From Lama guanicoe (taxonomy: Eukaryota): a DNA stretch of 64,000 nucleotides. Location of the stretch: contig MU053493.1 in assembly GCA_013239625.1 (NCBI GenBank), forward strand, positions 1,559,793 through 1,623,792, written 5' to 3'. Numbering within the stretch: position 1 is the first letter of the stretch; the number at the start of each line of letters is the position of its first letter. Position numbers and translations under genes: made by a program. The notes beneath the pieces are model-generated. The model searched no databases and was not told the DNA's origin. It worked only from the letters and a program-made list of their open reading frames with translations. Of this stretch, positions 49,801-62,700 are shown one piece after another.

Positions 49801-52420
49801 TATTTAAATGGGCTTCTTGTAGACGTAATATAGTTTTGTCTTCTTCCTATTACACATCCTGATATCTCTATTTTTAACTGTGTATTTAGACCATCCACAT
49901 TTAAGGTGATTATTGACATAGATTAATATCTACCATGTTAGTAACTATTTTCTATTTGTTGCATTTGTCCTTTGTTTTGTTTTTTTAAATTTTCCCTCTT
50001 TTTTTCCTTCTCTGGTTTTAATTGATCTTCTTAGATGATTTGATTTTCTCTCTTCCATTAGCTTATCAACTATACTTCTCTTTTAAAAAATTTAAGCAGT
50101 TGCCCTAAACTTTGCAGTATATGTTTACAACTAACCGAAGTCCACTTTAATAACACTGAGCCACTTCATAGATAGTACAAGCCTCTTATAACAGAGTATT
50201 CCTACTCTCTCATCCCTTATACCATTCTGTCATTCATGTCACTTACTTACAAGCTATAATCACCCAATACATTATTACTATTATTTGTAAATAGTTATCT
50301 ATTAGGTTAATTGATAATAAAAATAAAAATAAAAGTTTTTTTAGACCTCCTCTAGCAGTCTTCCTTTCTCTATGTAGATTTGAGTTCCCGACCCATACCT
50401 TTTTCTTCCCTTGAAGAATTTCTTTTAGCATTTTTTGCAAAGCAGATCTACTGGTGACAAAGTCTCTCATTTCTTGTTTGTTTGAGAAAGTATTTATTTC
50501 TCTACTTCTATAGATCAGCTTCTCTGGATACAGAATTCTAGGTTATTGGTTTATTTCTTCATTTCACTTCCCTCTCTTCTTGCTTGCATGGTTTCTGATG
50601 TGATTCTGATGTCAGTTTTACCCTTGTTCCTCCATAGACAAGGCATTTTTTTATCTTTTGCTTCTTTCAAGATTTTCTCTTTGTCTTTGGTTTTCTGCTC
50701 TTTGAATATCACGTGTGTAGGTGTTGATTTTTTGGTATTTATCATACTTGGTGTTCTCCAGACTTCCTGGATCTGTGGTTTAAAGTCTATCATTCATTTT
50801 GGAAAATGCTCAGCCATTGTTACCTCAATTATTTCTTCTGCCCCTTTCTTTCATTCTTCTCATTCTGCTATTCCCATTACATATATGTGACACCTTTTGT
50901 AATTGTTCTATAGTTCTTAGATATCCTAGTCCCTTCTTTCATTCTGTTTCTCTTTGCATTTCAGTTTTGGAAGCTTCTATTGATATCTTCAGCCTGCCTG
51001 ATTCTTTTCTCAGCCACATCCAGTCAACTGCTGAGCCCATCAAAGGCATTGTTCATTGCTGTCACAGTGCCTCTGATCTGATCTGATTTCCTTTTGAATC
51101 CTTTTTAGAGTTTCCATCTCTCTGCTCACCTGACCCCTCTATTTTTGCACGTTGTCCTTTTTTCCCCCATCAGAGCCCTTGGTATATAAACATAATCATT
51201 TTAAATTCCTAGTCTGATGGCTCCAAAACCTCTGCCGTATCTGAGTCTGGTTCCTTTGTTTGTTTTGTCTCCTCAGACTGTTTTTCCTTATCTTTGAACA
51301 TGCTGTGTAAGGCTTTGTTGAGGCCAGACATGTTATATTGGATAATAAGAACTGAGGTATATAGGCGTTTAGTTTGAGGGTTTATATTTGTCTGGCTGGG
51401 AGTTACACTGTGTTTACCGTAGTTGTAGGTGTTCTGAGGCTTTACTTCTTGGTCTCTCTGTTGTCTTTGAGCTCCCTTGAAACTCCTCAGAGGCTGAGCC
51501 TTGAGTTCATTCAGCTGTAACCCTGTTATTATATAAGAGCTTGTTGTGGTGGAGGTAAGGTGTGGGCGTACAGAAGCATTCTATCATCCTATGATCAGGT
51601 CTCAGTCTTTCGTGAGCCTGTGCTCCTGGGCTCTGACCTTCATAAGTGCTTCTCAGCTTTTTCCTCCCACGTACATGAGTCAGGAAGACTGGAGGGGGCT
51701 GGAGTTGGGTATTTCCTTTTCCCCACATTGATTAGGTTCTGATAAAGTAGTTTCCCTTGAGGGAAGATGGAGAACAGAAGGCCCTGGGCATATTTCAAAA
51801 CGGATGTGTTTCCTCTCCCTCTGCCAGAAGCATGAGGGGGCTTTTCTCTGATCTACACCATCACAATGTGGTGGGACTCCTGGAGGTAATACTCAAAAAA
51901 CTGTGGGGGCCTCCCTAAGACTGAGCCCCCTGGAGTTTTTAACTCCCAAGCAAGTCCACAGTCAGCTTCTAGCAACTTGTCAATTATAGTAAAACTTTTC
52001 CTACCCATTCCTGGGTACTGGAGGGGGCAAGCTGGGAGGGGTGGTGTCTGAAGTTGCATGTGTCAAATAAACTTGAACCGGGTTATTTCTAAGAGTCTGT
52101 GCACTCTGCATCAGTGATCCTACCTACATGGATTTCATATTGGATGCACAGATGGACAAGTCATCCCCCACTCCCACCCCCACCCCCAGCCACTCAAACT
52201 CAGCCTCAGAGCTTTTGTCCTCAGAGACGAGCTACTTAGCTAAATTCACTCTGGCCACTTTCTCGGCTCTTGAAGGCTGTGGTTCTCTGTATTTTCCTGT
52301 CTCTCCAGTTTTCTGGGCATCAGCTCCTATGACCTCAATTCTCTTAGGGATTTAAGGAGATTTGTTCTAAGAAAGGAGTGATGACTTTCAGCATCTTTAC
52401 ATGTCCAAGCAGAAACCAGA
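46815..52420 (-). mobile_element. Large degraded L1 (L1M/L1MC-like), antisense to TRPM1
   Basis: ORF1 remnants in the ORF track (PQIQEVWRTPSMINTKKSTPTHVIFK...KEKILKEA; DFVTSRSALQKMLKEIL) at 50243-50793; ORF2 remnants 46815-49900; 5'UTR-like sequence to ~52400. Confidence 0.88.
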
Positions 52421-52499
52421 AGTAATTGTCAAGTATTCAAATTCTGTATCTCTTTTAAATCCCACAAGATATACTTGCTCTTAATTTTGTATAGTTGAT

Positions 52500-53900
52500 A
52501 TCCATGTATATGTACACGCATTTACTATTTTCATTGCTCTTTATTCCTTTCTGCTCCATACTTCTATTTATGATATTTTGAAGAAAGCCCTTTGTAATTT
52601 GTTTAATATGTGCCTGTTATTCATAAGCCCTCTGTTATTCTTTGCCTGAAAAAATGAATCTATTTTCCTTTTGTTGTTGAAGTATACTTTTGCTGGGCAT
52701 AAAATTCTAGGTTGGCAATGCTTTCCTCCCAGCACTCTGAATACATCATTTCATTATCTTCTGACTTTCATTATTCCTGTGGAGAAATCAGCTGCTTTTT
52801 CAGTAACTGTCCACTCTGCTGAAGCTAATCTGATTTTTTTTCCCTACAAACTCTTAAGACTTTGTCTTTAGTTTTCAGCAGTTTCACTATTGTATGTCTC
52901 AATATGTATTCCTCTGTATTTATTCTGCTCAGAGTTGATTGGGATTCCTGAGTTGTGGGTTAATATCTTTCACCAGTTTGGAAAATTCTCAGCCATCATC
53001 TTTTCAGATGTTGTTTTCTACTCCATTTCCCTCTGCTCCTTCTGGGGTCCCCTATAAACACCATGAAACCATTTGATTGAGTTATTTGTCTTTGTTCCTC
53101 TCTTCTGTGTTTTCCTTACTTTTCTCTCTCCTACTCCATTTGAATAATTTCTTCTAATTTGGCTAAATTTCTCCTAATGGCTTCCAATTCACTGCTTCTC
53201 TCTTTAATTGGTCTACTATGTTGTCAATCCAATCCATTGGACTCAACTTCAGTTACTAAATTTTTCAGTTCTAAAATTTCTAGTTGGCTGTTTTTTCTCA
53301 ACTGTTAAGCTACTTTAATAAAAAGTAGTTTTACACTTCCTGCACAAATTTTAAACTTTGTCTTCTCTTTCCTTGGTCAGGTGACTATCGTTGCATCAAA
53401 GTCTGTGTCTGGTAATTCCAATACATGGAACCCCTGGGGGTCTTTTTCTATTGTCTATTGTCTCTGCTAGTTCTTTTTCATGTTGTCTTGTATCCCAAAG
53501 TGTCTGGTCGTAAGTTGTGTGCCACAAGTTATATTTGAAAAATTGTAAAAATAATTTGAGGCTTAAGATGTGCTGTCTTCTTTCAGAGAGGCTTTTCTTT
53601 TCTTTCCTTTTCTTTTTGTTTCCTGCACCTTGAGGCATTAGCAGTCTAAGATCATCTTAATTCAGCTGTAAGAATTGATATTTTTACCCACATAACCGTA
53701 GGCTGAGCTGCAGTTCCTATATGAGCTGCTTTACTCACTCTTATTTGCAGAGAATAGCTTCTCAAATTCCCAGCCCACAGCATAGGGAATTTACCATGGC
53801 CTCTGCCATGGTCTGAAAGTCTGAGGATTCTGCTTAGCGTTAAGGAGGAAAATCCACAGCACCAGAAAGGATCCATTTATCTCTCTTTCTCCAAAATTTT
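52500..53900 (-). mobile_element. Older L1/HAL1 ORF1-region fragment
   Basis: tactttgctgggcataaaattctaggttggca...tttggaaaattctcagccat are antisense L1 phrases. Confidence 0.65.
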
Positions 53901-53989
53901 AATACTCAACAGAGAAATTCAGGCTAAATGCCAACCAAGAAAGCTTTCAAGGGACACAGCAAGGGCAAATACCAGAGTGATGCTGGTGT

Positions 53990-54194
53990 GCGCAGCAGAG
54001 AGGCAGCGTGGCAGACTGGCTTAGAGCACAGCTCTGGAGCCCGCCTGCTCCAACTTTTATTCTGTAGCTGTCATTTACTATCACACTTTAAACAAGTCAC
54101 TTAGTGTCACCATGCTTTATCATGTCTGATGTGTAAGATGGAGATAGTGGTGGTACCTCCCTCAAAGTGTTGTTGTGAGTACTAAGAGTTAATT
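53990..54194 (+). mobile_element. MIR split by an L1 insertion (continues ~54936-54990)
   Basis: ctctggagcc...acaagtcactta...tgtaagatggagatag...gttgtgag. Confidence 0.7.
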
Positions 54195-54935
54195 TCCACT
54201 TCACAATCATTAGGACGGCTATTATTAAAAAACTAACCCCCCCCCAAAATAACCCCAAGGAAACAACAAATTATTTTTTGGTGTGGATGTGAAGAAATTA
54301 GAGCTCTTGTGCATTGCTGGTGGGAAAATAAAACAGTGGAGCATCTGTGGAAAACTGTATGGCAGTTCCTCAAAAAAGTAAACAGAGAATCATCAACTGA
54401 TCCATCAATTCCACTTGTGGGTATACGCACGAAAGAATAGAAAGCAGGGACTCAAACAGATGTTTGTACACCAGTGTTCACAGCAGCATTAGTCACAGTA
54501 AAACGAAAGGTGGAAACAACCCACGTGTCCATCAGTGAATGAATGGATACACGAAATGTGGTCTATGTAAACAATGGAATATTATTCAGCCTTAATAAGG
54601 AAGGAAATTCTGGCACATGCTACAGGGATGAATCTTGGGGATATTATGCTAAGTGAAATAAGCCAGACACAAACAGGAAAATATTGCATGGTTCCACCTA
54701 GATGAGGTACCCAGAGCAATCCAAGTCATAGAAACAGGAGGTGGAACAGAAAGTGACAGGGGAGGGGAGAATGAGGGCAGAGGTTCAGACAGAGATGATG
54801 AAGATGTTCTGGAGATGGATGGTGGTAATGGGTACACAGCGTCCACATACTTAATGCCGTGGAACTGTACACCTTAAAATGACTAAAATGATCAATTTTA
54901 TGTTGTATATAGTTTACTACAATAAAAACTTTTCA
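54195..54935 (+). mobile_element. 5'-truncated L1MB-type 3' end
   Basis: aaagcagggactcaaacagatgtttgtacaccagtgttcacagcagcatta...; AATAAA 54921; TSD agttaatt at 54187 and 54936. Confidence 0.88.
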
Positions 54936-55296
54936 AGTTAATTCATTTAGAGTGTTTATAGGTGTGTCAAAAAATGTTGGCTACTTTTAGCTGTTCTGAG
55001 ATGGGGGCAAAGAGAAAGAGGTGACGACAGTTCACCATAAAGGAGTCTCAAGGTGATATGAACACGTCACAGAGAAATCACCTGCTTCTCCTCATCCTTC
55101 CTCTCCTCTGTTTCCAAGTTCAAGTCCAGCCCACCCCCCACAGTTTCCTAAACCACCAGCTCAGGTAACTTCCCACTTCCCTGTGGGTGACCTGGCACCA
55201 GGGCACTGGTTTCCAGAGTGGCAAAGCAGACCCCTCAGAAACATTCCCGTTTCTGAACCTGTACTCCTATTTGCCTATGCATACGTAAAAATCTTT

Positions 55297-55423
55297 TCTT
55301 TTACATTTATTGGGGAAGTAATTAGGTTTGTTTATTTATTTGGGGAGGGGGTGCTGGGGATTGACCCCAGGACCTCCTGCATGCTAAGCGTGCACTTTAC
55401 CACTTGAGCTATACCCTCCCCCA
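55297..55423 (-). mobile_element. Vic-1-type SINE
   Basis: Antisense tRNA-like head; TSD taaaaatctt. Confidence 0.88.
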
Positions 55424-56829
55424 TAAAAATCTTCTGATGCTAATAAAATAAACAGAAGCAGGTGCTATCAATTTTGGAGATGTGGAAACTATAGAGAATT
55501 CTCAGGTGTGGAACAGAGACTCCACCATAAACCTGCTTCTGCTCTTAAAATGTTTCAACCATAGGGATATGGAAACCATTGCAAAATTAAGTGAATTACA
55601 AATACAAATGATTTTCTTATGTGTTCTTTAAAAATAATGAAATGCATTAATTCGATGCCATTGGATCTGCAGATTGGGGCTGATGTCCTCACTCAGCCTG
55701 CATGCCATAGGGCACCCCGCAAGATGAAGCAAGTATAGGCAAGGGAGTGAGGGCAGCTCCCAGGAGGGGCAGAGATGGGGACCGGGAGGCAGGTGAGGGT
55801 GGCCCCCAATGGAGCAGAGGCAATGGCATGAGTCAGGGGCCTTAGAAGAGCTTTGGCAGCAGGGAAGCTAGGTGTGGACAGAAACCCCACAGGCCCAGGC
55901 AGAGCAGAGCCTCATGCAGGGCATCCCAAGAGGGGCAGCAGCAAATGCAGAGAGCCAGCGAGATAGGAAGCCCAGAGCACAGCCGCAGTGCAGAGCGGGC
56001 GTCCCCAGCGGGGGTCGCTCGGGGCATTTAACACTCAGGAGGACACCTGTCAGGCCCCTGAGGCCTCCTGTGCTATGACGATGTCCTGGCCAGGGGTCAT
56101 GTCTGGTGGGCAGCACAGGCCTGTGCATAATCCTTCTCATCTGAGGCACAGGTACTAGGATGGGAGGTGTTATGGGAGCCAAGGAAGGCGCAGTCCCCGG
56201 GCTGGACCATCCAGGAAGGAGTGAGTCCTGCTAGAGACGCTGTCCCAGCGTGGAGCATGGGTTGGGCATGGAAAGTGGGACCCAAGCTTAAGGAAGTGCT
56301 GGATAAAGGGTCTGGGGCCAGGAAAGCAGAGAAGGGAAGAAGGGTGGGGCTGAGGACCTCTGCAGGGAAAGGGCAGAGACGGCTGGGGTGACTAGGGTGG
56401 GAGGAGGACCACAGAGGGTGGGTTTGTACAGACCAGCAGCCCTTCAGAGAGCCCCAGAGTGGCCACGGGGCAGTCACCAGAGCATCCGTTGACCCTAGCT
56501 CTCTCCGAGGTCCTGTCTGGCAGCGGGCTCAGGCAGCAGAAACTCTTCCTGGAATCAGAGGGCAGGGGTCCCCTCCTCTTCCTGCTGAGTTAGCTGGGGC
56601 ACTGCTGTCAGGTGTGCTTCCCCAACTGGGCATGGGTAACAGTGCGTCCCAGCAGGAGGGATCCAGACAGAACTCACGTTGGGAGATGACCCCATCTCAC
56701 CAAAGGCAATAGAGATTTCAATAGGGACCAACAGGAACCCATCTCCAGACCTTCGAATGGACCTCAGGGAGGTAGTCTGCTTCAATGCAGAACAGCCATC
56801 AACCCCTCAGACGGTTAAATTCCTGGTCA

Positions 56830-57110
56830 CCCAAGGGTGGAGCTTCTCAAATCCTTTGTGACACTTAGGATTAGAGAGATATTCAGAGGTGCTTCAGAAG
56901 AAAAGGGGACTGCAGGCTCAAATGAATTTGGGAAAATGAGTCACCGTAAAAGTAAAGAGGTTTCTTCATTGTAAGATTTCTCAGAGCCTTTCATAGCCTA
57001 ACATGGGGATCTCTAAGAGGAAAATATACTATGCAGAGTTGCCCAAATTAGTTCACGTGGGGTCATTCTTTTGAGAATGTACCAGCTCTGAGGAGCCCAG
57101 TTTAGAAGTT
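56830..57110. mobile_element. Charlie4-like hAT fragment (a related fragment lies at ~38780-38940)
   Basis: tcaaatgaatttgggaaa...ggtttcttcattgtaagatttctcagagcctt. Confidence 0.55.
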
Positions 57111-57419
57111 TAGAGAATGTTGTTTCTGGACAGAGTTGATTCTATAAGGGATAGCATCTCTGAGTTAGGAACCCCTCAGTGCAGACAACATTCCTCTTCA
57201 TCCCAGTGACTTAAAAAAAAAGTTTAATTGGTACCTTGTGAGGAAGGAACTGGGCATGATGGGAAGGAGAAACCTCAGCTAAACAGTTTCCCAGCACTGG
57301 GGGAGATTTGGGACTAATTGCTAACAATCTCTTTAACCAGTGTGTTTGTTGTTGGCCTGCCTTCTGAATCAACTGGGAAAGAAATGATGACCTTAGAAGT
57401 TGAATGATGCATCCCTGAG

Positions 57420-58190
57420 AAAGAAGGAATTCTTGCCTTTTATTCCCGATGACTTGGAAGGACCTTGAGGGCATTATGTTAAGTGAAATAAGACCAAGAA
57501 AGTCGAATACTGCATAATATCACTTACATGTAGAATCTTAAAAAGTTAAACTTTTTTAGACCCTCTGAGAAACAGAGTGGAGTGGAGGTTAGCAGGGGCT
57601 GGGTGGTTGGGGAAAATGAGGAGATGCTGATCAAAGGGTACCAGCTTTCAGGTTAAGATGAACAAGTTTGAGTATCTAATATACGGCATGGTGATTACAG
57701 TAATCACACTGCATCATGTGCCTGCTGGCCGGAGACTAGATCTTAAATGTTCTTCCCACAACAAAAGAAATGGTAACTATGTGACATGACGATGACAGAG
57801 CCGGTAGCTAATACTATGACGGTAATCCTTTTGCAATTTATAAATGTATCAAATCAACATTGGCCACTTTAAACTTACACAATGTTATGTGTCAATTAAA
57901 AAAATGTAATATGAGATCTCCGACCAGAAAAAGGACATTAGGTAAAAACAGAGGAAATTTGAATTAAGCATAATCTTTAGTTAATGATACTATGTCAACA
58001 TTGACTCATTATTATAAAATTATATCATAGTATATGTGCTACCATTGTAATGTATACCACATATAAACCTTTATATCATAGTATAAATGTACCATAATAT
58101 GTTAATAATAGGGAGTGAGCAGGGTAAATGGAAACTATACTACTGTCTTCTCAACTTTTCTGTAAATCTAAAACTGCTTCAAAAAAAATT
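57420..58190 (+). mobile_element. L1MA-type 3' end followed by an L1MC-type 3' fragment
   Basis: ggaccttgagggcattatgttaagtgaaataag...aacttacacaatgttatgtgtcaatt; then ttctcaacttttctgtaaatctaaaactg. Confidence 0.8.
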
Positions 58191-60049
58191 AAGTCTATTC
58201 GGCTGGTTAGGTCGAAGTGGCCCGTGCACTCACTCCAAACACAAACCTCAAAGCCCTAAAGGAGCCCTCCCCCTGAAAAGATGATTTTTTTTTATTTGTT
58301 TATTTCCTTCTTTCACGTTTCTTCCTTGGGGTTAGATGATAAAGTCCTCTCTGTTCAGAAAGAAAAGATGCAGGATGAATGGGAGGGGATGGTGCTTTAT
58401 GAATTTTATGTTCCCTAGATGTATTTAGTACAGTGACTGGTACACAGAGGCACCAAAGAAATGTTTGCTGATACTTCATCTTGTTTAAGTTAAATCCAGC
58501 TTTGCTCATTTCAGTGTGAAAGAACAGTCTTGCAGAATATCGTGCGTGCAGGGGCTTACAGCACATGTACGTATCATAAAAGCCCAAAGCCAAAACCAAA
58601 ACAAACAAACAAGTGTCTATTTTTTAAACAATTTTTAAAGCAGAATGCCCGAATCTCTCCTGCGGTTTCCACACTTTGCAGAACTGGCCCTTGCCCTCTG
58701 AAAGTCCTGGGCTGTCACTCTGCTTACCTTCCTCCATGGCAGCCCTGCCTTGGCCCATTTTTCAGAGGCTTTTTGAGAAAAGGGTTTTTCTCAAAAGATT
58801 AAAAATTCAAAGCCTTTCTGCTAATGTGAACAAAAGATTTGAGCCACAAGACTCCTTGATTCCTAGAACTTTGTGTTTAAAGCTTTCCTGGGATTTATAG
58901 GTGTGCCTTCATTTTTGTTTAGGTGCTTTTTTTTTTCTTTTTGCTTTATTGGTTTTGGCAACCAAATTGGGTAAAACCTAAGTTTTAGTAGCTGTGAAGC
59001 ATCAGTCAGAAGAGATGAGGCTGGTCGGAGATGGTCTTGAAGACCATTATGAGCTCTCCCTTTCCAATGAGATTGAGGCATGGGAAAGAAATAACTTAGG
59101 TGCTAGATGACAAGGGGCAGCCCTGTGTGTAGAGCACGTCCACGTTCTGAGGCATCTTTGAAGGTCCTTCTGTGAGAAGGCATGGCTGGCTTCCTGGGGT
59201 CCCTGCTCCTCCATTACCTCCCAGTAATTCTGTGCTGATGCAGTTGGCTGCTATAAATAAAGTCAGACTGAGGCAAAAGATCTTGAATGTTTCCTGTCCA
59301 AACATCCCCTCGGAAACACAGACATCGTAAAGGAAGAAAATGTCACATTGACTTTCGTATAATTGGACCCACATTTTGGGAGATTCTCCATTACTCCGGA
59401 GTAAGGACTGAAGAAGCATTAGCCACAGGGTTTAGAATCTGGAAGTCCCTGACTCGGCACCCCCAGAGAATATCATGTTCACACTTGCAGGGATTCCAGC
59501 CTGGTGATGCCAGGGCTTCTCAGATGTGGTTGGTGGACGTGGAGATGAGCAAGATGTCAGGAATCTGGGGGGAAGGAAACCCGGCTCAGATAACATTCCC
59601 TCCTTGACGCTTTCAGAAGCTCCAGCTGTGACCAGCCACACCAGGCACACACCAGCCCCTGACACTCACACCACTGTGAGACCTCTGTGAAGCCTTGACG
59701 TAGTTGGTGATTTCCACTGCCAAGTCATGGGCTTTATTTTCACTGTAGACATTATTCTGGAAACTGAACGAGAGTAGACATCTGGCAGATTTTCCACCCC
59801 CGTGCTGGTTATCACAATGCATGTCGTCTGCCAGCATTGCAACAGAACCCACTGAGAAGCCAAAAATAAATAAATGAAAGAGGAGAGAAAAGGGGAAAAC
59901 AAAGCAAAGAGAGCTCCCATGATCACACAGGAAGCCACTGTCCAGTTGGTATCTTCCTGTCCGTTCCTCTGTGGGAGGCTCTCCAAGGCTGTGTCCTTGA
60001 TGCAGAGTGACCAGCAATGGAAGTGTGTTAAGAACTCCAGCTCATAGTT

Positions 60050-60700
60050 TGGTGCAGGCACTATGGAAAACAGTATGGAGATTACTTAAACAACTAAAAA
60101 TAGGCTTACCCTGTGATACAGCAGTCTCACTCCTGGGCATATATCCTGAGGGAACTCTAATTTGAAATTTGAAAAGATATATACACCCCAATGTTCACAG
60201 CAGCCCTATTTGCAATAGCCAGGACATGGAAGCAACCTAAATGTCAATCGACAGATAAATGGATAATGAAGCTGTGGTATATTTATACAATGGAATACTA
60301 CTCAGCCATAAAGAATAAAATAAAGCCATTTGCAGCAACATGGATGGACCTGGAGATCATCATTCTAAGTGAAGTAAGCCAGAAAAATAAAGAAAAATGC
60401 CCATGTGTTATTGCTTATATGTGGAATCTTAAAAAATGACATAAATGAACTTATTCACAAAATAGAAACAGACCCACAGGCATAGAGAACAAAGTTATGG
60501 TTACCAAGGGGCAAAGGGGGCGGGAAGGGATAAATTAGGAGTTCAAAATTTGCACCTCCTGGGGAGTGACGGAAATGTTAGGCAGCTTGATTGTGGTGGT
60601 GGTGTCATAGGTGTGCACATCTCTCAAAACCCATCACACTGTACAGCTGAAATATGTGTGGTTTACTGTACATAAATTATACCACAATAAAGTTCCCTAA
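60050..60700 (+). mobile_element. Artiodactyl-type L1 3' region joined to an older L1 3' end
   Basis: ORF 60191-60439 [18 protein letters not shown]...YTMEYYSAIK is the L1 ORF2 C-terminus. Confidence 0.88.
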
Positions 60701-60930
60701 AAATTTTTAAGTAAGTAGAAGCAGGTAAAAAAATTAATAATACATTTTATTCAACCCAATACCTCCAAAATATCATTAAATCAGGCAATCAGTAGAAAAT
60801 AGTATGACCAGTCTTGGCCATCTCATGTGTTTTACACTCAGAGCACATCTCAGTTCAGATTGGCCACATTTTAAGTGCTCCGTCAGCAGCCAGACGGGGC
60901 TGGGCCACTGTGTTGCACGTGGCAGCTCCA
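60700..60930. mobile_element. MER33-like (hAT-Charlie) element
   Basis: ttttacactcagagcacatctcagttcagattggccacattttaagtgctc. Confidence 0.7.
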
Positions 60931-62159
60931 GGTGCTGGCCTCACGGTGCTGGCCCCAGGCAAGAGGAGTGTTAGCTTGCTGAGGTCTGGGAGTCCCATTC
61001 TCTCCGTGTTATCTGACCCCGAGAAGGGGCCTGTGTGACTAGGGACTGTTGTGTCCACTGGCAGGAGAGGCACTTAGTGGCTGGCTGGGATGGGACTGGC
61101 CATTGGCACTGACCCCTGAGCTCCGCCCTTTGCAGTCACGAGGGGGCCGGCCACGGAGTGTGCCACAGAAAGGATGGGAGGCACCTGCCCAGTGGGGCCT
61201 TCCTGGCTGCTCCCAGTCCGATTCCTGATGCCCCAGGAACGCCCTGCATCCGTAATTCTGCCTTGATCCATAAGACCTGCAGTCACTTGCAGCATCCCCT
61301 CTGCCCCTAGAGGGACTCCTACTAAAAGCCGTTGAGTCTGTCAGTCCTGTAGAGCCATCACCCATTGACAAGACAAACAACCCTGCCTTTGGGCCGGAGC
61401 GGCAGCGGGGCAGACACCCCTGGCTGGGCCCCAGGCTGTGTGGTTGGCAAAGCACAGAGGGAGTCACATTTCGCCCCACTCCATACCCCCTACTGTGCAC
61501 CCACTGTGCTGGGACAAGGTTGCCGACCTTTGGTGGGCACAGACCTGAGATAAGTTGATGAAAGCAAAGGATGGGCCCCCTCCTCAGAAAGTGGCCAGGC
61601 CCACCTGCACAATCTTGTGCCCACCACTGGATTTCTGAGGCTCTCTGGACATCCCCCATGGTTCTGGCATCCCCCAGGTGTGGATCTGACATCTTGCAGC
61701 TCGGGGGTGAGGGCTGGTCCCAGGCTTAAGCTGCCCCCCTCCCAGAGCTCTATGGGGTGAACCTGACGGTTAAGTCCCTTTCCCTCCCTGCCACTCCCCC
61801 CAACCCCGTCACAGATTCTCCAGGCAAGTCAGCCACTTGACTCAGATAAGTCTCAGTGTTCTCATCTGTAAAATGGAAATGGCCCCAACAGCCCTGGCAT
61901 CCAGCCTGTCTGCCGCTGTGTCTACTCCCCTGTGATGAGAGACACAACCCAGGCCAAGGGGACTGGCAGGTGTGTGGGGAGCCTGACCCTCCTGTGGAGA
62001 CGGCTGTGCAGGGGAGACTCTCAGGGTTTGAGTTACTTCTTTCTTGCTAGGCTGAGAAAGCTCACTGAACACTGCACTTAACTATGCAAACCCCAAAAGC
62101 TCTCATCAGGGCGCTTTCAGGGGTGACAGTGGACACAGGTCACTCTGGCTACCTGTGGA

Positions 62160-62634
62160 GTCAGACAGTCACATGGGACTCACGTCGCCCTCGCACTGGA
62201 GTTCACCTCGACCTCTGGCCCAACCTCAGATGAGCTGAAAAGGATTAGAGCTGATTAGTGCCATGTGCTGTCTTCTCCCCCTCCCCAGGGCCCCAGCACT
62301 GCCCGCATGATCAGGAGCTCCTGAAAGAACCGTTTTGTCCAATTGTCTCAATTATGCAAAACATGCTGACATTTCTAGCAAGGGAAGGATGGGCAGGGGG
62401 GAGTTCACTTCAAAGGGAAAGTTTAACTCCCCTCAACCTCTCACATATCCCAAGGCTACTTTGGTGGGACCTCACATGGAGCTGCGGGGGAGTCTGGCCA
62501 GGGGATCCTTTGCAGGCTTGGGAGCGAGGTCACGAGGCCATAGCCTCCTCGGGATCATGAGGGCTCAGCACAGGCGCTCACATGCTCCTCATGTGGATGG
62601 CTCCTTTTAAAGGGTGGGCCCTCCTCAGCCAGCT
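62160..62634 (+). promoter_or_regulatory. TRPM1: TRPM1 proximal (melanocyte/RPE, MITF-type) promoter
   Basis: Five CATGTG/CACATG E-boxes (62170, 62262, 62473, 62579, 62590), GGATTA 62242, TCF/LEF-like cttcaaagg ~62408, TATA-like TTTTAAA 62605-62611; TRPM1 is an established MITF target with an E-box-cluster promoter. Confidence 0.75.
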
Positions 62635-62700
62635 TCCTGCTGCCTGGCCAGAGGAGGAGGCTGGAGGAGGCCAGGCTGCTTCCTCTCCTCCCCGCAGCAG
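62635..62700 (+). other. TRPM1: Probable non-coding first exon of the melanocyte TRPM1 transcript (start approximate)
   Basis: ATG-free segment ~25-30 nt after the TATA-like box, ending in strong donor CAG|GTAAGC at 62701; resembles recalled human TRPM1 5'UTR. Confidence 0.7.

Noticed and set aside
58771..58796. 11-bp hairpin ttttgagaaaa-gggt-ttttctcaaaa
   Set aside because: Short and low-complexity, with no miRNA-length stem; likely chance
17248..61320. Several CTCF-like words (~17250, ~22146, ~39475, ~43530, ~61303)
   Set aside because: Each has mismatches to the core and is expected by chance in GC-rich DNA; needs a PWM scan or ChIP
39201..61692. Other long ORFs (39201-39794, 40802-41419, 44468-44974, 45459-45977, 46094-46603, 61039-61692)
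   Set aside because: No recognisable homology or exon structure; several overlap L2 or MER repeats; expected by chance in GC-rich intron
62612..62700. Possible internal coding exon using the ttttaaag acceptor
   Set aside because: Translations match no TRPM1 segment I recognise; TTTTAAA is better explained as the TATA-like box of the E-box promoter
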